64,000 bases of DNA from Candidatus Uhrbacteria bacterium CG_4_9_14_3_um_filter_41_35 (GTDB lineage: Bacteria; Patescibacteriota; Patescibacteriia; UBA9934): positions 8,831-72,830 of the forward strand of contig PFWT01000006.1 of NCBI GenBank assembly GCA_002791275.1, given 5' to 3'. The notes under the pieces are model-generated. The model was not told the DNA's origin. It worked only from the letters and a program-made list of their open reading frames with translations, and made no database searches. Positions 1 through 11,126 of this stretch are shown one piece after another. The first letter of the stretch is position 1. Every line of letters starts with the position of its first letter. The position numbers and the translations under genes are program-made.

Positions 1-489
1 GTACCTTTAATACCGTCTCGAATTGCAGCGAGTGTGTTGTGCTTATTTGAAACTTTAACACCGTAACCTCTTAAAACTCCGTTCACCACTTCTTTTGAAG
101 TAATGTTGTCGACCGCTACCGACATCACCTGCAAACCAGCGTTTTTCGCAACATCACTCACGCTTTCATTGTTAAACAGTGGTGTTTCTCCAGGTCCGCC
201 ACTCGCTACCCAAACCGCGGAAGTATAAGCCATTTTTTCAGCGCTAGCCATTAAAAGGTTAATAAGCGCCATTGCGGTGTTGGCAACAAAAGCCTGCCCT
301 GCGGTACGCTTTACTTCAGCGGAAACCTCGGCCTGCGTAAGTTTGGTCAAAACCGCAATATCGCTAACCGGCAAACCTGTCTGCGCAAAAACAGTCCCTG
401 GGGTAAGACCAAGTGAACCAACTAATGTTGTGACCAAAAGTATACTACTTAAAGTCTTAAAAATTCCTTTTTTGATTTGAGCGATACCC
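1..489 (-). CDS. Partial CDS (N-terminal 163 aa; C-terminus beyond window start): secreted hypothetical protein with signal-peptide-like N-terminus (MGIAQIKKGIFKTLSSILLVTTLVGSLGLTPGTVFAQ...)
   Basis: Manual reverse-strand translation is continuous from ATG at 489 to position 1 with no stop, which explains its absence from the ORF track. The hydrophobic N-terminus is followed by AQ. The ORF 277..480(+) listed on the opposite strand is judged spurious. Confidence 0.45.
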
Positions 490-501
490 ATAAAATTCCC
501 A

Positions 502-1167
502 CTAATTTTGAGTTGTTGTGCTGGTCTCCAGGTTTGCTAATACATCGTTATAAAGCACCATAATTTCATCGTCCGAAAGTGCATCCACCTGATCTGCCGT
601 TGCCCCGTTGTCGAGCAGTAACTGCCGAATATCTGGTGCTGTCATTCCCTCTAAAGCTGAAACGTCGCCAGGTGTTGCTTCTGGCAAACCACCTTCAATT
701 GTTTGTTGGATACTTGGATCAAGCGGTGGCAGATTTTCAAGCAGTTGATTACCCGCGTTTTCAAAAGCACTGTTAGCGTCTGCGCCGCACGAGTCACTCA
801 AACAATTTGGATCTGTACCCGCTTTAATTTCCTCTGGATCTGAAACCCCGTCACCGTCCGTGTCTTTAAGGTAAGGGCTGGTGTGGTACGTGTAGAGCTC
901 GTCGTAATCGCTAAGACCGTCTTCGTCAGTGTCACTATTTTTTTGTGTACTAAGCTCCTCTGCCCGTTGTTCAGCAACTGATAAAAACCGTGGGCCCACA
1001 TATTCAAAATCAAACGGGGAGGCTAGGTGCCGAGACATATAAAAGCCGCCGAGCACGATCGACATCACGCTTGTAATTAAAACTAAAGCAAACCCAGCCT
1101 TCTGTTCCTTTGAAACTTCGGGCTTGGTTTTACGAATCACTATCCGTTCTCGCTTTTCATTTTCCAT
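502..1167 (-). CDS. Membrane-anchored hypothetical protein with thrombospondin type-3-like Ca-binding Asp-rich repeats (DTDEDGLSDYDE, DTDGDGVSDPEE)
   Basis: 221-aa ORF. One N-terminal TM helix (FALVLITSVMSIVLGGFYM), then two DxDxDGxxD motifs typical of TSP3/OmpA-like calcium-binding repeats. It is operonic with the upstream partial secreted protein (13-bp gap). Confidence 0.5.
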   Translation of the reverse strand: MENEKRERIVIRKTKPEVSKEQKAGFALVLITSVMSIVLGGFYMSRHLASPFDFEYVGPRFLSVAEQRAEELSTQKNSDTDEDGLSDYDELYTYHTSPYLKDTDGDGVSDPEEIKAGTDPNCLSDSCGADANSAFENAGNQLLENLPPLDPSIQQTIEGGLPEATPGDVSALEGMTAPDIRQLLLDNGATADQVDALSDDEIMVLYNDVLANLETSTTTQN

Positions 1168-1199
1168 GTCCTAAATATTATATCACAAAAAGCAGGCCA

Positions 1200-1976
1200 T
1201 TAGGCCTGCTTTCTAATACCTCTGGACAACTTTATCCACTGCTCAATCGAGAGCTCCTGTGCCCTCACCGTCTCCTTAAGTCCAATCTCTTTTAAGAGCG
1301 TTTTTACTTCACCTGATGCACATTCTTTTGCGTCACTTAAATTGCGGTGAAGCTGTTTTCGCCGGCTACTAAAACCAACTTTGGCTAGTTGAATAATCTG
1401 CTCTGCGTCTTTTGGTAAATCTGTTTTTGTAAAAAGTTCTAAAACCGTAGAGTCTATTTTGGGCGGTGGATTAAAAGCTCCTGGTTTCACATTGAACAAT
1501 CTTTTTGGAGTGGTGTAGAGCAAAATAGCCACGGTTAGCAAACTCATTGCCCCGGGTTTAGCTAGCATTCGATCAGCCTGTTCCTTTTGCACCATCACAA
1601 TCTGCCTCTTAGGCGGATTGTGTGAAGTTAAGGCATTCATAATAATTGCCGCTGCTGCGTTGTAGGGCAAATTACTCACCAAATTCCAGGACAATGACTG
1701 CGTAATGTCATCAAACGAAATTGTAACAGCGTCGTGAAACACCACCTCAGCCTGTTCATATTTTTCTTTAAGCGGTGCGATTAAATCCCGATCCGCTTCT
1801 ATTAAAATAAGCTTACCCGCTGGTTTCATTGGTGCCAGCTTTTCGGTTAAAGCCCCACCACCTGGACCTACTTCAACAATAAGTTCTGTTTCGTTTGGAT
1901 TTATTGCGTCAACAATTTTTTGAATAACCGTTTTTTCGTGCAAAAAATGCTGACCAAAAGATTTTTTAAGTGTCAT
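1200..1976 (-). CDS. rsmA: 16S rRNA (adenine1518/1519-N6)-dimethyltransferase RsmA/KsgA
   Basis: N-terminal KKSFGQHFL motif, class I SAM-binding VEVGPGGGALT, 258 aa length typical of KsgA. Confidence 0.85.
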   Translation of the reverse strand: MTLKKSFGQHFLHEKTVIQKIVDAINPNETELIVEVGPGGGALTEKLAPMKPAGKLILIEADRDLIAPLKEKYEQAEVVFHDAVTISFDDITQSLSWNLVSNLPYNAAAAIIMNALTSHNPPKRQIVMVQKEQADRMLAKPGAMSLLTVAILLYTTPKRLFNVKPGAFNPPPKIDSTVLELFTKTDLPKDAEQIIQLAKVGFSSRRKQLHRNLSDAKECASGEVKTLLKEIGLKETVRAQELSIEQWIKLSRGIRKQA

Positions 1977-1977
1977 A

Positions 1978-2586
1978 TTATTGTAAAAATTCCCCCGGAA
2001 TTATGGTTGAGCCCTGGCGAATAATTGTCACTTCTTCACCTAAAACTTTAATTGTAGTTGAGGCCGGTACTGCCGGTAGCTCACCGGCGTCAATTACAAG
2101 ATCTGGCTCCGTGTGGCCCTTAAAAATTTTCTGTACATCACGCACGGTGTAAATTGCATCCTGACCAGAAATGTTTGCGCTAGTTGCTACAATCGGCTTA
2201 CCTAAACGGCTAGCTAATGTGCTAGCAAAGGGGTGCGAACTCACCCGAATCGATTGCGTACCATACTGTGAGCAAGCAGACGAGATTTTTGAGCCATAAA
2301 CGATAGGTACAATTATATTCAATGAACCCGGCCAAAACATTTTTGCGAGTTGTTGCGCAGTTTCAGAAAGTTCTAAGTAGGTTTCTGCCTCCGATTCTAG
2401 ACCGATAATTACCGGAAGTCCCTTGCCACCCGGACGACCCTTAATTTCAAAGATCCGCCGAACAGCAGAATCGTTAGTGGCATCGCAACCCAAAGCGTAA
2501 GACGTTTCCGTTGGGTACACAATCACCTTCCCCGCTATTAAAGCCTCGAGCGCTTGTTCGATTTGAGCTGAAGTAATCTGCAACAT
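1978..2586 (-). CDS. tsaC: L-threonylcarbamoyladenylate synthase, YrdC/Sua5 (TsaC) family
   Basis: The VIVYPTETSYALGCDATNDSAVRRIFEIKGRP segment matches the YrdC family signature; 202 aa. Confidence 0.8.
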   Translation of the reverse strand: MLQITSAQIEQALEALIAGKVIVYPTETSYALGCDATNDSAVRRIFEIKGRPGGKGLPVIIGLESEAETYLELSETAQQLAKMFWPGSLNIIVPIVYGSKISSACSQYGTQSIRVSSHPFASTLASRLGKPIVATSANISGQDAIYTVRDVQKIFKGHTEPDLVIDAGELPAVPASTTIKVLGEEVTIIRQGSTIIPGEFLQ

Positions 2587-2607
2587 AAATATTCTCTAGG
2601 CCTACAA

Positions 2608-3525
2608 CTAAACTCCACGATTTAGTTTCTTGAACCAGTCGTAAGTGAGTTTTAAGCCTGTTGTTAGCTCTACCTCTGGTTGCCAATTTAAAATCTCTTT
2701 TGCGAGTGTTGCGTCGATCACACTACGCTGTACTTCACCGTCACGACCAGCTTCGTAAATAACTGAAGTCTCTTGCCCGCTAATATCCGTCACCATCTGC
2801 CAGAGTTCCTTAACTGAAGTCTCTACCCCTGTTCCTATATTTAAAATGCCAGTGTAATCGGTAGTTAGAGCCCTTACAAAAGCCTTACAAACATCACCAA
2901 CAGAAACGTAGTCACGTGTAGCTAAACCGTCGCCAAAAATTTTAGCCGGTTCCGACTTTAAAATCTTTTCAATAAAAATCGAAATCACCCCAGCCTCACC
3001 TTCGCTCATTTGCCGAGGTCCATAAACATTCGCCAGGCGAAGCGCTACATACGGAATACCACTTCCCGCTAAGTAGTATTCAAACGATTGCTTGCCAATG
3101 CCGTAGGGCGAAAGTGGATTGGCGTTTAGATCGATTCCTGTTGGGATTTCTGGGTGGTCGCCATAAATTCCACCACCACTTGAAGAAAAGATGATCTTTT
3201 TTATACCAGCCTTTTTGGCCATCTCGAGCATTGCGATTGAATCAACAATGTTATTCTGCGCATCTTTCTGCGGATTTTTCACAGACTCGGTTACACTAAT
3301 CTGCGCTGCCAGGTGGCATATTGCGTCTGGTTTTTCTTTCTCAAAAACTGAAGCCATTTCTATATCCGCAAATTTTATTTTATAAATTTTTGCTTTTGGG
3401 TTTTCAAAACGTGTTTTACTACGCTCATAATGATCAACCACAACAACACTGTGCCCAGCAAAAATCAACTCATCAACTAAATTTGACCCAATAAACCCAG
3501 CGCCACCAGTAACAATAATTTTCAT
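2608..3525 (-). CDS. NAD-dependent epimerase/dehydratase (extended SDR; UDP-sugar 4-epimerase GalE-like)
   Basis: N-terminal Rossmann motif TGGAGFIGSNL, catalytic YxxxK region and ANVYGPRQ motif; 305 aa. Confidence 0.75.
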   Translation of the reverse strand: MKIIVTGGAGFIGSNLVDELIFAGHSVVVVDHYERSKTRFENPKAKIYKIKFADIEMASVFEKEKPDAICHLAAQISVTESVKNPQKDAQNNIVDSIAMLEMAKKAGIKKIIFSSSGGGIYGDHPEIPTGIDLNANPLSPYGIGKQSFEYYLAGSGIPYVALRLANVYGPRQMSEGEAGVISIFIEKILKSEPAKIFGDGLATRDYVSVGDVCKAFVRALTTDYTGILNIGTGVETSVKELWQMVTDISGQETSVIYEAGRDGEVQRSVIDATLAKEILNWQPEVELTTGLKLTYDWFKKLNRGV

Positions 3526-3557
3526 AAAATAGATTACGTTTTTGGGCTAAATTATCC

Positions 3558-4481
3558 TTAAACAAACTCTCTGTACCAAGCCACAGTTTTAGCAACGCCC
3601 TCTGTAATACTGGTTTTTGGCTCCCAATCTAGTTCTTTTTTAATATTCGAAATATCCAGTGAAACTCTTTTAACCACATCTTCCACAAGTTCACGGTGAT
3701 CTGAATCAGCCTGCGCGCCCACCTCTTCCCGGACAATTTTAAAAATGTCGTTTGTTGAAAATTCCACGCCGCCACCCACGTTCAAAATCCCCACATAGCT
3801 AGAATCCGCCGCTTTTATTAGCGCCTGAACAGCGTCGTCAACATAAACATAATCTCGGGTGGTGTTGCCGTCGTTATTAATGTAGACCTGTTGCCCCTTT
3901 AAAAGCCGAGCTGCAAAAATACCAATCGCTCCGCTTTCCGCACTAGCGTCTTGGCGCGGTCCATAAACGTTTGCCATTCGTAAAACCACTGCTGGGATTT
4001 TGTGCACACTGTTGTAAAAATGTAAGTAGCGCTCACAAGTTAATTGCGAAATTGCGTACGGTGTGACTGGTTTTGGAATTGCAAGCTCGTTAGCTGGTAA
4101 ATCCTCCTGGTTGCCATAAACAATACTCGAGGACGCAAAAACTATTTTAGCTTTGCCATACTCACGATCAGCCTCGAAAATATTAATTGATCCAATAATA
4201 TTGTTCTCAGCGTTCATTATAGGTTCCCGCTGGCTTTCCCTGTCGTGAATATGGGCAGCTAAATGAAAGACCACTTCTGGTTTAATTTTCTTGAAAATTG
4301 TGTGTACCTCAGGCGAAGCAATATCGACAATTTTGTAACTTGCCTGCTTGTTCTTGTTTAACTTTCTTGGTTTTTTGGTATCAATAACCGTAACCGATTC
4401 TGAAATCAAAACAAGCACATCCACAAGATGTGAACCCAAAAAGCCAGAACCTCCGGTTACGATAACATTTCCAAACTTCAT
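3558..4481 (-). CDS. NAD-dependent epimerase/dehydratase family protein (second paralog)
   Basis: TGGSGFLGSHL Rossmann motif and ANVYGPRQ motif; 307 aa; tandem with the previous epimerase. Confidence 0.7.
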   Translation of the reverse strand: MKFGNVIVTGGSGFLGSHLVDVLVLISESVTVIDTKKPRKLNKNKQASYKIVDIASPEVHTIFKKIKPEVVFHLAAHIHDRESQREPIMNAENNIIGSINIFEADREYGKAKIVFASSSIVYGNQEDLPANELAIPKPVTPYAISQLTCERYLHFYNSVHKIPAVVLRMANVYGPRQDASAESGAIGIFAARLLKGQQVYINNDGNTTRDYVYVDDAVQALIKAADSSYVGILNVGGGVEFSTNDIFKIVREEVGAQADSDHRELVEDVVKRVSLDISNIKKELDWEPKTSITEGVAKTVAWYREFV

Positions 4482-4520
4482 AATGGTGATAATATAACAA
4501 CTTTTAGCAAAATTTTCAAG

Positions 4521-5633
4521 CTAACGTTCGAGTGCAGTTTTTTGTAAAAACGCCTCAATAAATGGCTCAAGTTCACCATTTAAAACCCCCTCGACCGCCT
4601 GCGTCTCGTAGCCAGTACGATGGTCTTTGACCATTTTATAGGGGTGCAGAACATAGCTTCTGATCTGATTCCCCCACTCAGGCGCAATATGTCCACCTCT
4701 TAAATCTTTTATCTCTGCTTTTTGTTCAGCTAACATTTTCTGATACAGCCGTGATTTCAAAATTTTCATTGCTGTCATTTTATTCTGCCCCTGACTGCGT
4801 TCATTTTGAATCGACACCACGGTATTTGTTGGAATATGCGTAATGCGAACTGCTGAGTTAGTCGTATTCACACTCTGACCACCAGCCCCAGAAGAGGCAA
4901 ACGTATCTATTCGTAAATCTTTTTCATCGATTGCAATACTCGATTCCTGCACCTCGGAGAGCTCAGGAATTACCTCGCAAAGAGCAAAAGACGTGTGGCG
5001 CATTTTTTCGGCATCAAACGGAGAAATACGCACCAAACGGTGGACGCCAGCCTCGGCCTTCAAAAAACCATAAGCAAACCGACCACGCACAGCAAAAGTA
5101 ATACTTTTTATCCCCGCCCCCTCACCGAGCGACTGCTCTAAAATTTCAACTTGCCAATCTTTTGACTCAGCGTAACGGATAATCATTCGAAACAGCAGAC
5201 TAGCCCAATCCGATGCGTCGTCACCACCAGCTCCAGCGTGAAGTGAAATAATGGCGTCACCCTTATCGTGCTCACCGTCAAGTAGTGTACTGAACTCCAG
5301 TTTTTGAAGACGACTAGCAACTCCGTCCAGTTGATCTTTGATAACCGCCAACATTTCGGTATCATTTTCACTTTCCGCCAGTACCGCTACCTCACTAGCT
5401 TCGCGAAGTTCCGCTTGCAACTCTTCGTAAGCATCAATCTCTGATTTTATTTGAGACGCTTCCTGACCAATTTTTTTCGCCCGGTCCTGATCACTCCAGA
5501 AATTTGGCGCAGCCATTTGTTGTTCAAAATCCACAAGTTCAAGATACAAATTATCAATCTTCAAAATATCACGTACCTTTTGCAGTCGCGTAAGCAGATC
5601 TTTAATTTGTTTATCTTGAAAAGCCATATTCAT
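4521..5633 (-). CDS. prfB: Peptide chain release factor 2 (RF2), no programmed +1 frameshift
   Basis: GGQ motif (SGAGGQSVNTTNSAVRITHIPT), SPF-region homolog and full RF2 architecture. The N-terminal region is continuous in one frame, so there is no internal UGA frameshift site. The start was moved to the ATGAATATGGCT preceded by a GGGGG Shine-Dalgarno (the ORF track extended it to 5663). Confidence 0.9.
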   Translation of the reverse strand: MNMAFQDKQIKDLLTRLQKVRDILKIDNLYLELVDFEQQMAAPNFWSDQDRAKKIGQEASQIKSEIDAYEELQAELREASEVAVLAESENDTEMLAVIKDQLDGVASRLQKLEFSTLLDGEHDKGDAIISLHAGAGGDDASDWASLLFRMIIRYAESKDWQVEILEQSLGEGAGIKSITFAVRGRFAYGFLKAEAGVHRLVRISPFDAEKMRHTSFALCEVIPELSEVQESSIAIDEKDLRIDTFASSGAGGQSVNTTNSAVRITHIPTNTVVSIQNERSQGQNKMTAMKILKSRLYQKMLAEQKAEIKDLRGGHIAPEWGNQIRSYVLHPYKMVKDHRTGYETQAVEGVLNGELEPFIEAFLQKTALER

Positions 5634-5735
5634 ATTATGCCCCCAAAACACCAAAACAACCAAAAGTACCGAGGTTGTTCTGAGAGCTACTTAGAGGCCA
5701 CAGCATACCTTATTTCCATAAAAACTCAACCTGAA

Positions 5736-5780
5736 TAAAAAAGGTCGCGCGCTAAAACCGTGACTCGAGACCTTTTTTTG
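5736..5780 (-). terminator. Rho-independent terminator downstream of groEL (bidirectional-looking hairpin flanked by A- and T-runs)
   Basis: aaaaaaGGTCGCGcgctaaaaccgtgactCGAGACCttttttt: 8-bp stem with one mismatch, flanking A6/T7. Confidence 0.5.
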
Positions 5781-5793
5781 AGTTGAGAGATTT

Positions 5794-7479
<1,686 letters not shown>

Positions 7480-7496
7480 TTAAATCCAAAAATAAA

Positions 7497-7805
7497 TTAA
7501 TCCTCAATTACCGCCACTACATCTTTAGCTGGCACTACCAGGTGTTTTACGCCTTCGATATCAACTTCAGCTGGGGCGTAAGTTTTAAAAATAATTTTTT
7601 GACCAACTTCAACTTCGACTTCACTACGAGAGCCGTTGTCAAGGAGTCGGCCTGGGCCAACAGCTACTACCTCCCCTTTTTCTGGTCGCTCTTCTTTAGC
7701 AGTTTCGGGAATATAAATTCCTGACGCTGTTTGCGTTACACGACCTGTAGCTTTGACGATAATATTGTCTCCAATTGGTTTTAATTTCATAATTTTAGTG
7801 TTCAT
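7497..7805 (-). CDS. groS: Co-chaperonin GroES (10 kDa)
   Basis: KLKPIGDNIIVKA motif and mobile loop. 102 aa, 56 bp upstream of groEL. An AGGTG Shine-Dalgarno 5 nt upstream supports the first ATG. Confidence 0.95.
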   Translation of the reverse strand: MNTKIMKLKPIGDNIIVKATGRVTQTASGIYIPETAKEERPEKGEVVAVGPGRLLDNGSRSEVEVEVGQKIIFKTYAPAEVDIEGVKHLVVPAKDVVAVIED

Positions 7806-7890
7806 TAGTACACCTAGTTTTACCTATTTCGTTCACTTTTGTCAACCAAGATTAAATAAAAAAGCTACTGTTTCCAGTATCTTTTTATGC

Positions 7891-9201
7891 TTATTTTCGC
7901 TCACCAGATCTAGCGAGTAGCGCCAGAACAAAGACCGCTAAAGTCTGCCCGCTCCAGCTCGTCCAAATGTAGTGATCAAAAAATGTGATCGTTAAAATTA
8001 AACTAGCCGTCATAAAAGCAAAGACCGCATCGATGTGTGAGAAACGTTTAAAATTAATTAGCGTAGCAGTGATAACAAGAGCGATTAGAATAAACAGACC
8101 GAGAATGCCGATCTCACCAACCACCAGCAATGGCACATTGTGGACTGGCTGATATTCAAACCACTGTCTATTAGGGAAAGCTTCGTGAATAGCCAAAGTG
8201 TAATTACCGAGCCCATAGCCAAGCAACCAGCTAGAACCGATCACCTCTGGGAAATCTCTGTACTGATCGAGTCGTTCGCTTATAGCGTGTGATTCAACCG
8301 GGCTGACACCGGAGAATCTTGAAAGTATAGCTGAGCTAAATAGCGTAATAAGTAGTGCTAAAACCACCATAAAACCCACAGCCGGTCCCACCAAGCGCTT
8401 GGCGTAACTTGGTCGCTTCACCAAAAATATGACAGTGCCAAGCACCACACCAACCGCCAGCCCAGCAAACGCAGACCTTGAAAAAGTCAGGATTAGGCCA
8501 AGTGACAGTAGAACACCAATTAAACTAAAAACTATTTGTTCAGAGTTTTTCTTTACTGACTGTAAAGTTGAGAAAATAGCAACAAGGCCAACTGCCAAAT
8601 ATCCGCCAAAAATATTTGGGTGTGAAAAACTACCGTAAGCTCTTAAAACTCGAGTATTACCAATAAGTAGAACTGCATCGCCGAGCCTTTCAGATGATCT
8701 TGATGCTAAACCTAAATAAGTTGAAGCAAACGACGCTCCATTAAAAAATTGAAAAACTCCTAACATCACCGGTAGCACTAAACCGAAAATAAAAGCTTTT
8801 AATAAAAATTTGAGCTGAACCCTTTTGTCGAGCAAAAGCAAAAATAGAACAAAAGAAAATATCAACTGAACCAAACTTGTGGAAGCTAGCGTTTTATTGA
8901 TTGAAAAAAATAAAGAAAAAATCGTAGCTAACCAAACTAAAGCCAGCCCCAGCACCACCAGTTTAGCGTAAACTTTTTTCCATTTCAGATCTAACACCAG
9001 TAACGCTATAAATAAAACCAGCATCTGTGTTACATACAAACTCTGTATTCCGTACTCGTACGGCGAGCCACCAATATTTACCTGACCGAAAATAAATCGT
9101 GTTTGCCAGGGTAAGGAAAAAAAGAAAAGTGCTAAACCGTAATTCAAAATTTGCGTTTTAGAAATGGTCTTCATTCGCCTGGCAATTTTCGAAAAATTCA
9201 T
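7891..9201 (-). CDS. Polytopic membrane protein, O-antigen ligase/polymerase (Wzy_C)-like
   Basis: 436 aa with at least 10 predicted TM helices and a large periplasmic-type loop. Architecture resembles WaaL/Wzy. No motif-level confirmation. Confidence 0.45.
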   Translation of the reverse strand: MNFSKIARRMKTISKTQILNYGLALFFFSLPWQTRFIFGQVNIGGSPYEYGIQSLYVTQMLVLFIALLVLDLKWKKVYAKLVVLGLALVWLATIFSLFFSINKTLASTSLVQLIFSFVLFLLLLDKRVQLKFLLKAFIFGLVLPVMLGVFQFFNGASFASTYLGLASRSSERLGDAVLLIGNTRVLRAYGSFSHPNIFGGYLAVGLVAIFSTLQSVKKNSEQIVFSLIGVLLSLGLILTFSRSAFAGLAVGVVLGTVIFLVKRPSYAKRLVGPAVGFMVVLALLITLFSSAILSRFSGVSPVESHAISERLDQYRDFPEVIGSSWLLGYGLGNYTLAIHEAFPNRQWFEYQPVHNVPLLVVGEIGILGLFILIALVITATLINFKRFSHIDAVFAFMTASLILTITFFDHYIWTSWSGQTLAVFVLALLARSGERK

Positions 9202-10091
9202 ATGTTCATTTTACTATTGAGAAATTCCGCTACCTCAGCCCGCCGGTCATTTTTGTGAAATTTAAGAAGCTTATCACTCACCACAATGGTTGAATCTATA
9301 TTTTGGTGATCAGTAATCTCAACTGGAAATTTTTTAAGTTGAATTTTTTTTGCTAGTCGTTCACCGATAAATAACGGCAGTTTATTTTTAACTTTTACTC
9401 GTTCCCTAAGCGCTCTATTTGCGAGTATTGAGTTAGGTAAATCTAATTTTGCCCAACTGTTTTGCAATAAGAATTTTTCAAAAATCCCCGTCTCCTGTTC
9501 ATAAACTGGGACTAATGTTCGAAGCCAAACCGACATATAAGGATCTGCTTCCCCCAGTTTTAGCTGACTAAAATCTAACGCTGACTCGCTGGCTAAAAAA
9601 CTCAAATCAACTGGATCACGTTTTGTTTCTCCTGGCCTTTGCCTTAATAAAATCATCGGCAAAACCGTTAACATTCTCGTTGTCCAGACTTTATGATCTT
9701 TTGTGATAACAAATAAATCAATATCACTAGTACTTTTTGTAAAATGTAATGGCAGTGAATTACAAAGGGCCACTCCTTTAACTGAGGGAACGCGCGCTAC
9801 GTAATTTAAAACTTTTTTCAGCTTCTTATATTTTTGAACTGCATTCAAAAAACGATCGTGCCGTAGACGAACCTCAGTCTTAATATCTTTCAAAGCATAG
9901 AACCCGTTTTTCCTTTCAATCTGTGATCGTAACCAACTCGAAGTAGCGAGTGTGCTCGTTATATCAAAATAACTCCTAGTTTTCTGTGGCTGAAGTTGCC
10001 ATTTATAAATCTCAAAACCTGTGACCGGATATCCAAAATAGGCAAAGTAGGTAATTGTCCGGTAGATATCCTTTTCAAGTTCATTTGGCAT
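9198..10091 (-). CDS. Hypothetical protein with possible nucleotidyltransferase-fold motif (G-x-S ... SDIDLFV)
   Basis: 297 aa. The GVALCNSLPLHFTKSTSDIDLFVIT segment resembles the polymerase-beta-like NTase hG[GS]x9-13Dh[DE]h signature. Overlaps the upstream gene by 4 bp. Confidence 0.3.
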   Translation of the reverse strand: MPNELEKDIYRTITYFAYFGYPVTGFEIYKWQLQPQKTRSYFDITSTLATSSWLRSQIERKNGFYALKDIKTEVRLRHDRFLNAVQKYKKLKKVLNYVARVPSVKGVALCNSLPLHFTKSTSDIDLFVITKDHKVWTTRMLTVLPMILLRQRPGETKRDPVDLSFLASESALDFSQLKLGEADPYMSVWLRTLVPVYEQETGIFEKFLLQNSWAKLDLPNSILANRALRERVKVKNKLPLFIGERLAKKIQLKKFPVEITDHQNIDSTIVVSDKLLKFHKNDRRAEVAEFLNSKMNI

Positions 10092-10106
10092 AAAATTCTT
10101 ACGCTA

Positions 10107-11126
10107 TTACTTTACTGCAAAGATCTTTTTTTGTATAAACTCGTGACCTTTGCTAATCAAATATAGGGCGCCGGTCACAATAAAAAGCAAATCACGGCCC
10201 CTTATCACAAGGGCAAAAGCGACCGCGCTCACGGGTACCCCAAGTAGCGCAAAAATTCCCGCAAAACTCCCTTCAAAAACTCCTACCCCAGCCGGAATCG
10301 GCAGAAGTAGCGCAAAACCAGGTAACGTGGCAATCAAAAATGATTGAGCAAAGTTTAAATCAAAGCCTAAAAAGTGTGCAATAAAGTACATTTCAAAGAC
10401 TCGAAAGGCTAGCATAAAAAATGATAACACGCCCACCAAAAAAATTAGTGAGTAATCGTGATTTAAAAAACGAGTCATCATTTTTTCTGTCTGCCTGAGG
10501 TCCTCACCAAAACTGGCTAAAGACTTGATTTTATTTAGACCGATATAATTAAAAGTTCGGTACATTATATCCTTACCTCTTGAAAGTGCGTGCAAAACCG
10601 TCATTAAAAATGACAACATTAAACCGACTCCAGCCAAAATTAACCAAAGTGAATAGCCAGAAACCAAATCTCCAGTGAACGCCATCACTACACCAGCCAA
10701 GATGAAAGCAACGTAAGCGGTAAGTTCAAAAGTAATGTCTAAAAGTACCGAGCTTGTTGCCTCCTTCATAGGCACTCCGTCTGCGTTTAACATAGCAATG
10801 CGAACTGGTTCACCACCAACCTGCGCCGCCGGAGTAAGATAGTTAACCGAGAAACCAGCCAGACGATTCAAGAAAATTTTGAAAACCGATAAACGCTTTT
10901 TAGCGGGCAGTAGGCTGTTCAAAATTACCTGCCACCTTAAACTGTACAGATAAAAATTTGCTATCGACAATAAAATAAAGCCTAAAAACGCAGAGATGCC
11001 AAAGAAATGAATGCTCTGAACGACCTCACCAATGCCCTGACGTGCCACTAAAAAATAAAATAATCCTAACCCAAGGGTTAATGTGACTAAAAATAATAAT
11101 ACCTTCAAAAACGTCTTTTTTGTCAT
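10107..11126 (-). CDS. Polytopic membrane protein, lysylphosphatidylglycerol-synthase-TM-region-like (UPF0104 flippase-like)
   Basis: About 8 TM helices, no soluble domain, size 340 aa. The start was chosen at MTKKTFLK (the ORF track starts at 11171). Confidence 0.45.
   Translation of the reverse strand: MTKKTFLKVLLFLVTLTLGLGLFYFLVARQGIGEVVQSIHFFGISAFLGFILLSIANFYLYSLRWQVILNSLLPAKKRLSVFKIFLNRLAGFSVNYLTPAAQVGGEPVRIAMLNADGVPMKEATSSVLLDITFELTAYVAFILAGVVMAFTGDLVSGYSLWLILAGVGLMLSFLMTVLHALSRGKDIMYRTFNYIGLNKIKSLASFGEDLRQTEKMMTRFLNHDYSLIFLVGVLSFFMLAFRVFEMYFIAHFLGFDLNFAQSFLIATLPGFALLLPIPAGVGVFEGSFAGIFALLGVPVSAVAFALVIRGRDLLFIVTGALYLISKGHEFIQKKIFAVK

Noticed and set aside
277-480. ORF-track CDS 277..480 (+)
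   Set aside because: The opposite strand carries a longer continuous ORF (1..489, minus) with a signal-peptide-like N-terminus that runs off the window; the plus-strand ORF is the antisense shadow.
5600-5663. Looked for the prfB programmed frameshift cassette (SD-like + CUU UGA C)
   Set aside because: N-terminal RF2 region is continuous in one frame; the extra N-terminal codons in the ORF track (MVVLVFWGHN) are probably upstream read-through before the real ATG.
7806-7890. Looked for a CIRCE/HrcA operator (TTAGCACTC-N9-GAGTGCTAA) upstream of groES
   Set aside because: Only ttagtgttc...gtgtactaa-like fragments without the inverted-repeat symmetry; not convincing.
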